Origin: the human T2T-CHM13v2.0 reference genome, Homo sapiens
DNA length: 64,000 nt
Assembly: GCF_009914755.1 (NCBI RefSeq)
Contig: NC_060934.1
Strand: one strand, 5' to 3'
A program made the translations under genes and the position numbers. Below are positions 26,138-39,011 of this stretch, piece after piece. Every line of letters starts with the position of its first letter. Position 1 is the first letter of the stretch. Below the pieces are notes generated by a model. The model was given only the letters and a program-made list of their open reading frames with translations, was not told the DNA's origin and did not search any database.

Positions 26138-26359
26138 CAGTCAACCCTCCGTATCCATGGGTTCTGCATTCATACATTTAACCAACAATGGATTGTAAAT
26201 TTTTTTAAAAAAATGGATGGTCACATCTGTACTGAACATGTACAGACTTTTTTTGGTCATTATTCCCTAAATAATACAATGTAACAACAATTTACATTGC
26301 ATTTACCTTGTCTTGGATATTATATGTAATCTAGAAATGATTTAAAGAATAAGAGAGGA
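26138..26359 (+). mobile_element. MER2 (TcMar-Tigger), 3'-truncated
   Basis: TA|'cagtcaaccctccgtatccatgggttctgcatt...gtactgaacatgtacagac...taatctagaaatgatttaaag'. Confidence 0.85.
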
Positions 26360-26609
26360 GGAGGAGTACAAGACCAGCCTGAGCAACATAGCAAGATCCC
26401 AACTATTTAAAAAAATTAAAATTAAATAAAAAATAAATTAGCTGGGTGTGGTAGCATGCACCTGCAGTCCTAGCTACTCAATAGGCTGAGGTGCTGGGAT
26501 TGTCTAAGCTCAGGCGTTGGAGGCTGCTTGAGCCATTATTGTGCCACTGCACTCCAATCTAGGGGACAGAGCAAGAACCTTTCCCTAAAGGAAAAATGGG
26601 AAAAAAAAA
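26360..26609 (+). mobile_element. 5'-truncated AluJ-like element
   Basis: 'aggagtacaagaccagcctgagcaacatagcaag...gccactgcactccaatctaggggacagagcaag' plus A tail. Confidence 0.88.
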
Positions 26610-26655
26610 TTATTACCTTTTAACTGTGGCTAACTTGTATGTTCATTTAGTTTAG

Positions 26656-26759
26656 CAAAAGCTGGAGGTGCCTTGACATTTGCAGTACACTGAAACAGTG
26701 GCTGGCTTGAAAAATCCCAAAACGATTTTCTGCAGGAGAGCCCTTTTGACTAATATGAG
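26656..26759 (+). other. Candidate non-coding exon
   Basis: Branch-like 'gctaac', acceptor 'atttagtttag|' and perfect donor GAG|gtaagt at 26759/26760. Confidence 0.35.
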
Positions 26760-27714
26760 GTAAGTTTCTACAAAATAATAATGTGTAAAATCATCACCTT
26801 CTACTCTAAAATTTCTGGGTTTATTTTTTGTCAGTTTGTTTATTTCAAGGAAGATAAAGATATTTACAATGAGCTGGAATACTATGAGTTTCTATTCTGA
26901 ATCATTTAATATATGAAAAAATGTTGAGCAGGTTAATTTTAAAAAATCATTTTATACTTAGGCATTTAGCATCTGTTTTATTTCTTAGAGTCTTATAAGA
27001 CTGACAAAATATCTTCTGGTCCATTCAACATACAAGCATTCTGTAGAGTCTAATAATACAAGTTCCTGATTCAACTCCAACCATGTCTATGGTAGCTGCA
27101 CATTCCATTCACACTGATTAGAGTCCAAAACTAAGTATAATCCCTAATAATTGCTTACCAATTCAGTTTGCTTTCTGACTCAGTGTTCTAGTGAGACTCT
27201 TATTAAAAGGTCAGCAGCTTGTCTCCAACTCATTTTGTTAAATATGAAGAAAAAAGCAGCTTTATATTATTTAGCAATGACAAGGCACATTATCACAAAG
27301 TGAAAGGTGTTAATATCTATTCTTACTTAAAATGAATTGCAGAACTTCTTCAACTTTTTTCAGAGCTTTAATTAGCATTTTAATAAGGGTATCTTATAAG
27401 ACAGTAACATGGTAAAGAAGACAATGGCTAGCAAGAATTTCCATTATTAAAGAACACTTTTAGTCATTTAAAAGGGAAAAAAGGCTTAAAATAGTTTGTT
27501 AAATACTAATTTTATACATTTGAAATCAGTGGTAACAGCTTTTCAGTCACAGCAGACCAAGATGTCATTGATGATGTGGATTCTTATTAACAAGCTAACT
27601 AAATTTGAATGAAAGATGAATAGGGTTTTATTTATGTGCCAATTTAATTCCTGCAGAATCTTATTTCTATTTTCATAATAAAATCAACCAACCACTCCAG
27701 CTAGCACTGGCTAG

Positions 27715-27950
27715 GCAGAGTTTAATGGTTAAGATTTACATTTTGCCTCATCCACTTATTGGTTATTAATATAAGTATCAACTTACTATCATTACTGAAC
27801 ATCAGTTTTTTATATGTAAAATAGGATAATTAAATACACTATAGTACCTGTCTTATAGGGGTACAGTGAACACTAAACAATCTATATAATATAGTTTACA
27901 CAGGACTGATTATGTAGTCAGTGATGATAAAAATAGAAGTTATTAGCATT
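27715..27950 (+). mobile_element. MIR
   Basis: 'catcagttttttatatgtaaaataggataat...agtacctgtcttataggg' matches the MIR core. Confidence 0.65.
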
Positions 27951-28307
27951 GCTATCCTGTAAGTGGGCCCTTTTTCAAAATTTTTCTTCAGGCTTTTAAT
28001 GAAATAGAAACAGTTTCCTTGAATGTTCCCCTACTCTCCACACAGGTAAACGCCACTCATCATTTTATATCCAGCTCAAATGTTTATAGTGTCTCTAATG
28101 AATACTCTTCTGATCACTTCCATAAGTTTTTATTATCAATATCATATTCTTTGCACTTGAAAAAGCCTTTCCTATTTATTAAAATGATTTTTCTATTACC
28201 CCTATATTACATATATATTTCAAATTTTTCATTTCTTCTTTTGAGCCTTGGTTCTTGTTGAGAATCTGATGAAAGCAGTAAAACTTCTATAAAAGTCATC
28301 TATTTTT

Positions 28308-28425
28308 ATCTCTCTCTATATATACATACACATATTTTTCTATATATATATATATATATACACACACATACACATACATATGAGATATATGTATATATAC
28401 ATATTTGCACCCACACAGACACACA
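28308..28425. repeat. Compound (TC)/(TA)/(CA) microsatellite
   Basis: Read directly from the sequence. Confidence 0.85.
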
Positions 28426-28872
28426 GGATTCTTGACACCCAATTTCATAGGAGTTCATGACCTACATCAAATCATCACATCTCTGGTTCAACAAGGAGTT
28501 ATTTAGGGGTTTATGAGCCCAGCTTTAAATATATTGGTGGACTATTTGGATTTCTGAAAACCTCAAGCTGGCATAAACCCAATTCTGCATGAGAAGACCC
28601 TGATTTCCTTTAGCTCCAGATTACAAGATAATGTAGACTTGATATAAAATACTTGGTAATTCAATGTGAAGTCAATTTGAGACAGGAAAAGTGAGGTTAA
28701 TATAAGGTTGAAAAGACATGGGATAAGTCTTAAAAGGGCACTCATGGAATGTATCAGAAGATGAAGACAGAGCAAATGCAGATCTCATTGAGAAAAAAAT
28801 GTAAGTGAAAAAAGATATATCAATACCTTGCTTGCGTTGGAGGTACAAAGAAAAAGAAGTCTACAACAGATG

Positions 28873-29220
28873 TGCTGAAGCTCAGAAAATGGCACTACAA
28901 AGTGTGGCACTTTGACATGCTAAGTACTTTGAACTAAAGAAGCAGCCTCAAAACGAAGATCTTTCTGAACTTGTCTTACCACCCCGTCTCTCTACCCTGT
29001 TTCTCCCCTAAAACTCTCAGAGAGGCTTTCTGTGAACTTTCCCTTATCTGACTAAGGGAAGTTCCTCCAGAAGCAATGCAATTGTTATGAACCCCTTCCC
29101 TGGAATCCACATTAACCAGAGAAGATTATCTCATGTAGCAAGAGAGGAGACTAAAGGTCTTTCTGTCCAGGATACCATATCTACAGAGGCTTTACATCCA
29201 TTTTTCTGAGAGTTCATCAG
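28873..29220 (+). mobile_element. MER34/MER39-like ERV1 LTR fragment
   Basis: 'gctcagaaaatggcactacaaagtgtggcactttgacatgctaagtactttgaactaaagaagcagcctc...cccttatctgactaaggg'. Confidence 0.65.
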
Positions 29221-29288
29221 ACCATGTCTGTGCAAAAACCGGGACAATTCCAGTGTACACTAGGAAAAAGTTATTCAGCTTATTTCAG

Positions 29289-29463
29289 CTTTGCAAGAAA
29301 CTTCTCATCAAAGAAACACACAGGCTTCTTGGAAATCAGTGTGGGAAAGACAATGAAGAGCCAAAGAGAGTGATGGAGAAAAGTGGTCCTATGTCTAATG
29401 CACTCATGTGGAAAATTAACTGTTCACCCATCTAGGTCATTAGGACAACTTGAGAAGACTCAG
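29289..29463 (+). other. Candidate non-coding exon
   Basis: Acceptor 'cttatttcag|C' and strong donor CAG|gtaagc. Confidence 0.3.
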
Positions 29464-29949
29464 GTAAGCTTACTGATTAGGCTGCTCAAGTACAAATTCA
29501 GAAACCTCAATTTTGTTACTAGCTTTCTGCCTTTTGACCTTTTGAAAAAGTAATTTCAGATCTCATTTTCTCTGGCTCTTAAATAGAATCATACTTGTCC
29601 ATAAGGCCATTTTAAGATACTCAGATGAATGATGTTACACATGTTTAAATGCAATTCTCTACTGATTTACTGGAAGACATATATTTCTTTATTTGAAAAG
29701 TGTCATATATTTTATTAGCCCTTACCATGTTAAAAAAAAAAAAAAGTCTGAAGTAAGCTACTAATAGAATCCCCAGTTTGCCAATATGTAAACGGAATAA
29801 TAGCAGTGCAAATAAAAGGATCAGAAATCAGAGTTTCAGAAATCAAATACAGTGAGTTACTCCAAAAAAAGACAGCAAATAATGACTTTGACACATTCCA
29901 ACAATCTTAGAGCAAATAGAATAATGTCCACTGTATCTAATTATAATTA

Positions 29950-30185
29950 ATAATAATAGGAAACACAATGAACTGATTATGTGCAGGTACTGTTCTAGGC
30001 ATTTCGCATATATTCATTCAAGTATTCTCACAACAACCCTTTGAGGTATATAGTATTGCTCCATTTTACATTGAGGAATCTGAGACACAAATGACTAATA
30101 CACTTGAGATCAATAAGTGCCAGAGCCGGGATTTGAACCTGAGAAAAACAGATTCAGAATCCAGGCTTGTACCAATTCTCTATAC
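29950..30185 (-). mobile_element. MIR (near full length)
   Basis: 'ctcacaacaaccctttgagg...ccattttacattgaggaatctgag...gtgccagagccgggatttgaacc'. Confidence 0.85.
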
Positions 30186-32559
30186 TACATATCAAAAATC
30201 CATGAAGTTACCTACCAGCTAACTTCAACTGTTTTAAAAATTGGTTAAAAATCTTTGTTTTTAAAAATGAGATAACATTTATTTAATTTGTATAATGTGT
30301 AAGGTGCTGAGCTTTACATTGGTTGGATGAAAAGGATTAAAAGGCAGTGTTGTTTTCTTGCTATTTTCTATATTCTAGCCATAAGAATACAACTTTAATT
30401 TCCTGGTAACATTATAGGACATAAAAGAACAAATTAGTATAGTCAGATATTTACTACTAAAATAGCTAAATTACCCAATTGCTCAAAATTTATTGATTAC
30501 TCGACAATGTAGACTGGGCCTTAACTTTGTGAAACAAAAACAGCTCCATAAAGATTGCTTGTTTGTTTGTTTCTTTATGATTACTCCTTTAAACTCTACT
30601 TATTTAAATCTCACATGCATCTCAAGAAAATACTGGGAGTAACACTGCAGTTTAGAAATATTCAATAATAGCCAATATATTTTAATTGGTGATGTATTAA
30701 CAAGAGATTCAAAACATATTTGACCCCAAATATTTGTAACAAATCAATATATATTTAAACTAATTTAAAGAAAGAGTATAGATTCAGATTCACAGCTCTT
30801 AGCCAGTGTCTAATCCACAGCCACAGGCCATTCCTCCTAATTAAAACTTGGCTTCATACTATGCTAAGATATGCTAATAGATTTAAAGAAGTGTTTATTT
30901 ATGTGAATACATCTCAACAACTTCTTATAAATTTGTTTCCTAAATGAGTACATAAATATTATTTATTGAAATGCTTATAGGTTTTCTTCTTTAGTATTCT
31001 AATCAAAATGGGTTGTCCAAATTGTTTTCATAAGCAATACTTTCCAAATCACTTTACCAGCTGAAAGATCTGGCTTCTAGGTAAAACAATGCATTACCTT
31101 GTATCTAGTTACTCTTATGTAGAATGAAAAAGACTTTGAGAAAATCACTTCACCAAAGTTTTTAAAAGACCACAAATACCACATAACATTATTTTGCATT
31201 TCAAATGATGCCTAACTATGTTGTCTGATTTCCACTTTAAAATCCTATAAGCAGAAGAAAAATTTGTTATATTCTTTACCCAATGCCAACAAACTGCATA
31301 TAGATAGACACTTGAGATTCTCTTCAACTTGCTAGAAATGAGACTTGATCAATATAATTAATCAAAATTGTATGTGTATGGCTGCCAATGGCTACAATTT
31401 GTGTTTAGGATAGTACTTATGTAGTTTGGACATATTTGAAAGACTTAACATCACAATTTTTAAACAACCTTAATTGCAATGTAAGATAAGCATTGGTCTT
31501 CTTAGGATAGTATGCCATATGTTAGATTGCCACTGAAGTCTCTTTCTTAAATTACAGATTATTCCATAAAGCATAATGCACCAGAAATGACAGACTTTGA
31601 TTCCAAAAGATAATTCAGCCATGATGTGAGACTACAGATTATAGGGATTGAGCTCAGTAGCATAAAGGTGAAAATCAAACAGAAAACACATCATATCTGT
31701 TTTTCTTGGATAATTTCATGTTTAGAGGAATACAAAGTTTCATATAATAAAGACTCAGTAACTATAGGTAGGCCAACCTAATAAGTCATTTAGAAGTAAT
31801 ACACATAAGACTGTGATTTAAATCAATAAGAGCCACTTCGTTATGTACCATGGAATACAGGTTTTATTTTAAAAAGAATAGGTAGAATAAAACCTGTGTT
31901 GTATCACAAAACAGAATAGCCACAGAATCTAAATTCCCCAAAGAGATTTCCATGGTTGAAATAAATGTTTATTTCTGCTCTGTGAACAAGGACATGTCAG
32001 AGTTTTCTACGGAGTATCTGGGGAAATGAACATATCTTTTCCCTTCTATTAGATGTTACAACTTCATGCCAGTGGAACAGACAGAGGTGCCATTTGTGGG
32101 TTTCTTCTGACAGAATGAACACCATAAAAATATTAATAAAGAAGTTTGTGCTAATTTTCTGTGATCCTTAGCTATTTCCACCATTGCAACATAATAAATC
32201 TTGATTTTTTTTTAGATTGGATATTGGACATTGGTAGCACTTCAAAGATAATACACCAATAGTCTCAATTTGCTTTTTGAATGGACATATTAAAAAGCCC
32301 TCCATTATCCTTAGTTATAAGGAGAAAAGCTACCAATTTATATAGTAGGCAAGGTTTACTTTCAAAAGGAGCTGACATATAGGGCTGCTGATTGACCTCA
32401 TGCTTCTTTGCTACATGTGTTAGTTATGTTTATTTTTTTACAAGGTATTTCTACAATTATCTCAAGAGCAACTTCTTTGCTGCACTGCCAATGCAGAGTG
32501 TGATGCTGCACACAGAATTGGTGTGCACGATACATCTTTGTTAAATTCATTCTATCAGC

Positions 32560-32760
32560 ATTCAGAATAGTTGCATGGAATTAAAACATCTGTGTCTAAG
32601 TCCAGTTATGCCACTTCAAGCTCTACAGCATGGGGTCAGTTTTCTCATCTGCATAAAAAGGATAATGATAATGAAATAGGTTGTTATGATGGTCAAATGT
32701 GGTAATATATGAGAAAGTGCCTTGTTAACTCTAAAGTGATGTAGAAGTAAATATTATTTG
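32560..32760 (+). mobile_element. MIR fragment
   Basis: 'tcagttttctcatctgcataaaaggataatgataatg...gttgttatgatggtcaaatg'. Confidence 0.6.
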
Positions 32761-34852
32761 GGATATGCATTTAGCTATGTAACTATTCATTTTAAATTTT
32801 ACATCTAATTATATTTTGTAAAATGCTTTGCATTTGTATAAATTGTTTTTGCTATAAGCTTTCATTCATGCAAAAGAAGTCTCAAAAGCTCTAAGGTTTA
32901 ATTATTTCATATTTAAGCATCACTCAACTCTACCACAATTTCACTAAGTCAGGAACTAATTATATGGATTCATTTTTGTCACCAATTATGTATGTGCAAA
33001 AAAAACGAAAAAACCCCTTTGATATTTATCGAGGTTATTTGTGATTGTAAAGGGCCCAATATTAAATGAACTGGTTTTGAAACTATAAATTTGTTCCAAA
33101 ATAGTGTTAGTAAGTTCCTCACCATAAAATAAGCATGAATTGAGAGGTACAATCTCTGAAAACATTATCACAAAGAATTTTTTTGATCTCCTAAAAATTA
33201 TTAGTACTGTAAGAATAAAGTCAATGATTATTCCATACCACATAATAGGGTATTCTAAAAATTGGGCAAAAACTTTACTGTACTTCTTTCTATGTTTCAG
33301 GTAAATACAATATTGCCATCTCGGTTTTTTTTTTCTTGAAACTACACAAGAAAATAGCAGGCATCTCTTATTGTGTTCAATGGAGGTATTAACTTTAGAG
33401 CTACCTGTCTTGAAGAACAGGACTTGAATTGAACTCTTCAATTAGTTGGGATTTAACTTTTGGGTTCAATATAGTACTGAAGAAATGCATTCAGGCAGAA
33501 ATCCAATTTAGGTCTTACAGATTTCCTGTTCTTGAGACTACTAGACTTCTATCCAGAGGCAAAGTTCTATTTTTTATTGTTTTATAAAATGTAAAATAAA
33601 TAAAAAGAGGTACTGTTACACTTCCCTACATATTTATCTGACATTCTATACACACATAAGATTAAATTCTCAAGCAAATTATTATTTTGAGAGCAATTTT
33701 TCTTACACCCTTCATGCTACTTCTGACAGCCTAGGACTCCTCACTACTCTATCTCCCCACAGATATAACACTTGAGTGGGGTCCTTTCTGCCTTATCAGT
33801 GTTTGCCTATCTAATATCTCTCATCTTCTGCATAAAAAGAAACATATATATGGTATTAAATTTTAAGAAAATTTCAGTGACTTATTATAAATATTACAGA
33901 TGTCAGAACAAAAGCAACAAAATAAAAAGACTATAGGGAAACATAGCAGGCATATGTTCAAGGTCATTTTCGAAATCATAGTCTGTGTCATTGGTCATGA
34001 CTGACAGTAAAAGAATGCAGGCAGAAAACGTGGGCATAAAATTTTATTTCTAAAGCTAAAACGAAAACCTGATATTTTTGGTAGAAGTGAAAGACAAATA
34101 TTTGCCCTAAGAGGTAGATCAGTGGCCATCTGAATAACTGTATCTATACACAGGTATTTCTAATTAATAATTCAGTGTAGAGAAATCTCAAATGGAGAGC
34201 CGAAGAAGCCTGTTTTTTTTTCTATATTGTACATATTTTAATTAATTTCATAGATTAAAGTCTTCAAAGGATACTGACAAAATTTTCACAGGTGAAGCTT
34301 AGTTTGTGACAGGCTTTTATGGGAGGAAAGAGGTAAGCGGTGGACTAGGTAAAAAAAGAGACAAACCAACAAACAAAATAAAATAGAAAATAAACAAAAA
34401 AAGTAAAAAAGACATACCTAACTAAAATGCCAATTTTACTTTTTACTGTACTTTTTCTAGGAGATATCTGAGAGAGTTTAAGAAAATATAAACAAGAGAT
34501 AGTCATGCTAACTTTTAGAAGAGATGACATCTGTTGAATTCTTATTTGTTGATGAAATTGCTTTGGAAACATCTGCTTCTCTCTGTTACTCCCTGGAAGT
34601 GACAGTATGACACAAAGAACACTGTACCTGATTCCTCGTAAATTCTAGATGAATATACATTAAGAAACAGTACAAATAAAGACATATCCCTCCCTATTTA
34701 ACCCTACCTATCTTTCACTCATTCTAAGTCATGGCAAAGTGGATGTAGAATAGGTATTGGAAGAAGGTAGTTATAACTGCCATTTATAAATACCAGCTAT
34801 GACTGTGTCACTAGTTTCAGAAGTATGGACTAAAATAATTATGAAAATGTGT

Positions 34853-35109
34853 GCCAGATGTGGTGGCTCACACCTGTAATCTCAGCTATTCAAGAGGCCA
34901 AAGTGGCAGAATCCCTTGAGACCAGGGATTTGAGGCTGCAGTGAGCTACAATCATGCCCTTACACTCCTGCCTGAACGACAGAATGAGACCCTGTCTCAA
35001 AAAAAAAAAAAAAAGAAAAGATAGAAAGAAAAAAGAAAATACCTTACACTCCTGCCTGAATGACAGAATGAGACCCTGTCTCAAAAAAGAAAGAAAGAAA
35101 GAAAAAAAA
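34853..35109 (+). mobile_element. FRAM/AluJ monomer with a duplicated 3' end and second A-rich tail
   Basis: Monomer at 34853-34998 plus tail; the 41-bp 3' segment is repeated at 35042-35082. Confidence 0.9.
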
Positions 35110-35712
35110 TATATTCATTACTTTGATTTAAATATGTTTGTATATATGTTAATCAAATATTTTTCTACTCTCACATTTTCCTCATACATAACATAGAATT
35201 TGTTAATGGTATTTAACTTTACTCTTAGTATTTCTGTTGCAGAATATTTATGTGTGAATCAACTAGAGGAATGAACATCACCTAAAGACAAAACAGGATC
35301 TTTGTATACATCTTCTGGGAAGGAGTTGTTATCATTTCCACAAGGTCAATTGCATCATTCGGATAAAAACATTATATTGTTGTCTTTATTTGGAAGTAAA
35401 ATATATTTTAAAGAGATGTGAATGATTATAAAGTTTATAATAGGTATACTGTGATGACTTTGTCAAACGTTAACTTGACTAGGCTGAATGATATTTCCTA
35501 GAATTCCCTTTCCTTTGTTTTCTATTAAAGAGGGAATGTTTTCTGGTAGACCATGTAATAGAGATAGAAGTTCTTCTTTTTTACGCATTCATTCATTATT
35601 ATAGTTTAATGAATCATAAATGAAAAAAAAACCCTCTTCCAGAAGCATTTACTAACACTTTCAGGTATATGAGAATGGAATAATTTTCAGAAACTGGGCT
35701 TTCTGTATTTTC

Positions 35713-38083
35713 CCTGTTGGCTATTTCAGACCAGTTCCCGACCCTTCTCCATCCTTCTCCATGCCCTGGGAAACCGACTTTTATAGACTGCAAAAGTATG
35801 CTCTCTTACACTTTGGTTTCTTATTGAGGTCAAATAATAAAAATCACTGCCAAAAAATGGGAAGGCAGAAGGAGAGTGAGATGGTGCATTTATTCCACTC
35901 TGATGGGCAATATATTCATCTATATTGATGGTTGTCTCTTATAACATTTTTAATAACCACATTCTTTGACCCTTGCAATCTAGAGTGGTGTAAGCTGTTT
36001 TCTGTTGCTAGTCTTAATATACTTTGCAATCCCTTTTTGGTTTTATGTAACCCTACCCATAGCTTTGTAAATGTTCTCTTTGTTGACGTCTTCCAAATTA
36101 CCATATTTGAACATACTTAACTTGCTGGGATCTGGACCTACACTGAAATGGCACTGGGAAATTGAATTATAAAGCTGATGTATAGGATTGGCTTCCTTCC
36201 TTGTTTGAAGAGTGTGCAGAAAACTGACCTGGCAGGGAGAAACAGGACACAGGTAATCTGTGGCATGTGATGACTTCATATTTCTCAAATTATTACCAGT
36301 GGTTGCAGGATACAAGATTCAGGAAGAGACAAAACATTGGGCGATCAAGACACTGTAGGATTTAGTCGCCAAGATTATAATTCTAATTGTAAGGAGTGCA
36401 GCATGAAACATCTGCCTTGAATTACCTGAGAGCACATACTCAGGAAAAAGAAAAACGTGAAGGCTTTCGATAACAAACATAACAAAATGGGCAGGAAAAA
36501 AGAAACCACGAAACCACTATGACAACTTTTAAGAAGGAGTCCATATCTTTTAATGTCCTTGAGACTATAGAAGTTAATACAGCAGACACTAGGTAGCTGT
36601 GCTTCAACATCAGAGAAAAAGTGGGCACAGTGGCCACTATGAGCCACAGAGACTGAGTACTAATTAGAGTGCTTTGACTTAACAGTCATCTTTAATGATG
36701 GCTAATTAATCATGGGATACTAAGTATTGGAATAGATTGATGCCCTACTAAGGTAATACACAGGATGTGGTATGTGTCTTAAAATATAGGCTCTATAGAG
36801 TTGTATTTCTCACAAAGCCCACAGGACAGCTGTGAAAACCAATAGATGGTGTTTAGAGTGACTGCCGTATGATTATACCTAATAAATGACTTAAATAATT
36901 TGTGACCTTGGGCTCGGTGAATTAGAAGGTCATAAAACTCAGGACAGGAAGATTTTCACAAAGAAATGCAATCACTGTTTTTGTTCTCTCATTTCGCTAA
37001 ACCAGTATCTAGAGAAAGAGATATTGGCTAAGGATATTTATTTCAATTTCCAAGAGGAATTTGGGCCTTGATAGTTAATGAGGGCAAGGAAGACTATACC
37101 TGGAAACCAAGAGATTCATTGAGGCATTTGTTAGTATTCCCTTAGCCAAGAGTTTTTGTCAAAAAAAAAAAAAATGTCAACTCAGTAAAAACAAGTCATT
37201 AAGAATTTGTATCATGTAGGAGTGGATCTGTGGTTCACGTCACTGTTTAAAGAACCCTGACTAGCTAAGGTCCTTATAGAAGGAAAGAGGTCAATGGAAC
37301 ACATATAAAATATCCTGAGAGTCATTATCAATTTTTGCCTTACAACCAGCAGAGAAGCAGGTTTTATAACAACAATGACTTATGTAAATTTATCATTTTA
37401 TTTCCGCTTCTATAACACTTTATATAAAATGCACAGATGATAGTCACCATGATACATATCAGGCAAGAATATGACGAATGAAACTAATAATTATGTAGTA
37501 GTTAACAAGTGCCAATCTGTGGAAGTGTGTGTGTGTGTGTGCATGTGTGCTACATTGTTGTGGAAACCTTTTTGAGAGGATCTGGTAAAATATCAGTAGT
37601 ACATGTGAAGGGCAGAAGGAATGGTTTTTGATATATTCTCCTATCCGCCCTTCCAAATCCATTTTTCACCTTGATTATGCCTCTCCAAGCTAATCTTTAT
37701 ATATTGCATCAGCATTTCCTTTGATGCCTGCCTTCTGGTTAGATTTGTTAAATGGAAGGCAACTGTAGGAGATTAGACTTAAAAACAGAGTAAGATCAGA
37801 ATATTTATTATCCCTGTTTACTTTCTGGGGGACTACAGTTGTGTTCTTCAACCAAAGGCCACAACTCCTGTTGGACAGCATGATGATAGTTCTTCTGAAT
37901 TCTGGTAACCTTGCATAGGTGGTTAGTAGCAGTTCTTTACTTTTGATAGCCCTAAGATTTTTCATTGTTGATTTCCAGTAACCTTTCACACAACTTTTGT
38001 GGGTTTCCAGTAATCCTTCACCTTTCTGTGAATAGCTCTTCATTGAAATCTACTACCTTGAGCGATGACACTGACATAACACA
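35713..38083 (+). mobile_element. Ancient ERVL remnant: LTR33-like (~35713-36145), degraded internal part, second LTR33-like (~37630-38083)
   Basis: Two LTR33-like segments share the motif order 'cttctggtt...ttt...aatgg-aggca...gagagt-ag...tatttattc'. ERVL-int-like text follows the first ('aatggcactgggaaattg'). Confidence 0.45.
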
Positions 38084-38391
38084 GTGTCGAAAAAGTGAAA
38101 ATTCACAGACCACCTATTGAAATAATGAGAAAAATAAGTTTTTATCTGCCTAGATTTGGTTTCCTTAGATCATCACCTGCATTTTACCTTTCTAAGTCTT
38201 TTATTTACTTTTAAATTAAAAATTAAGAAATGGTATGTACAGAAGAGTGTGAAACGATATGAAATTATAAAGTAAAAAATGCAAGTTCCATTTAATCACC
38301 TACACTCTCACTAATGACACCCCACTTCACCCTGACATTTCTTGTATGCAGAAAAAACTATTGTTATTTTAGCCTTTCAGATTTTTTCTCT

Positions 38392-38710
38392 ATGCATGAT
38401 TTCTGTTGCTGGGTAACAATTTACCAAAAACTTAGCGGCTTGAAACACCCCCTTTCTCTAGGTCAGCAGTCTAGGTCTGAGTTTCCATTCATGGTTTCAA
38501 GATAAATAATGAAACCAAGGTGTCAGCCAGGCTGTATTCTCCCCTGGAGGCTTAAATAGGGATGAATCTGACTGCAGGATTCCTCTGGTTGTTGGCAGGC
38601 AGAATTTATCACCTTATAGGTATGGAATTCATAGAGTCTTGCTTCTTCAAAGCCAATAATGAAGAGAGAAAGAGAAAGAGGGAGTTGGAGAGAAACAGAG
38701 AGGGAGGGAA

Positions 38711-38757
<47 letters not shown>

Positions 38758-38865
38758 ATATCCATGGCTCTGAATCACTGAACTCTAGAACCTCTTCAAA
38801 AGATTTCACCTGATTATGTCAGGCTCATGAAGGAAAATCTAGTTTTGATTATCTTAAAGTCACAG
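38392..38865 (-). mobile_element. MLT1 MaLR LTR containing a (GA)n microsatellite (~38712-38757)
   Basis: 'ttctgttgctgggtaacaatttaccaaaaacttagcggcttgaaacac...aaggtgtcagccaggctg'. Confidence 0.7.
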
Positions 38866-39011
38866 TTGGACATTTCCTTAGGTTTCTTTAGGTTGCATAA
38901 AATTGTTTGTTACTCAAGTAATTCATGGAATTACTGAGTAATTTAAATTTTAGGAAATTTTAGAAAATTTTCTTTAATGAGACCAACATGTTTTTAAACT
39001 GTCCTTAAAAG

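Noticed and set aside
32986-33441. Longest ORF in the window (151 aa, minus strand)
   Set aside because: F/I/K-rich composition typical of chance ORFs in AT-rich DNA; no recognisable domain and no supporting gene structure
38523-38813. ORFs with RERERE / SLSLSL runs
   Set aside because: Translation of a (GA)n microsatellite inside an MLT1 LTR
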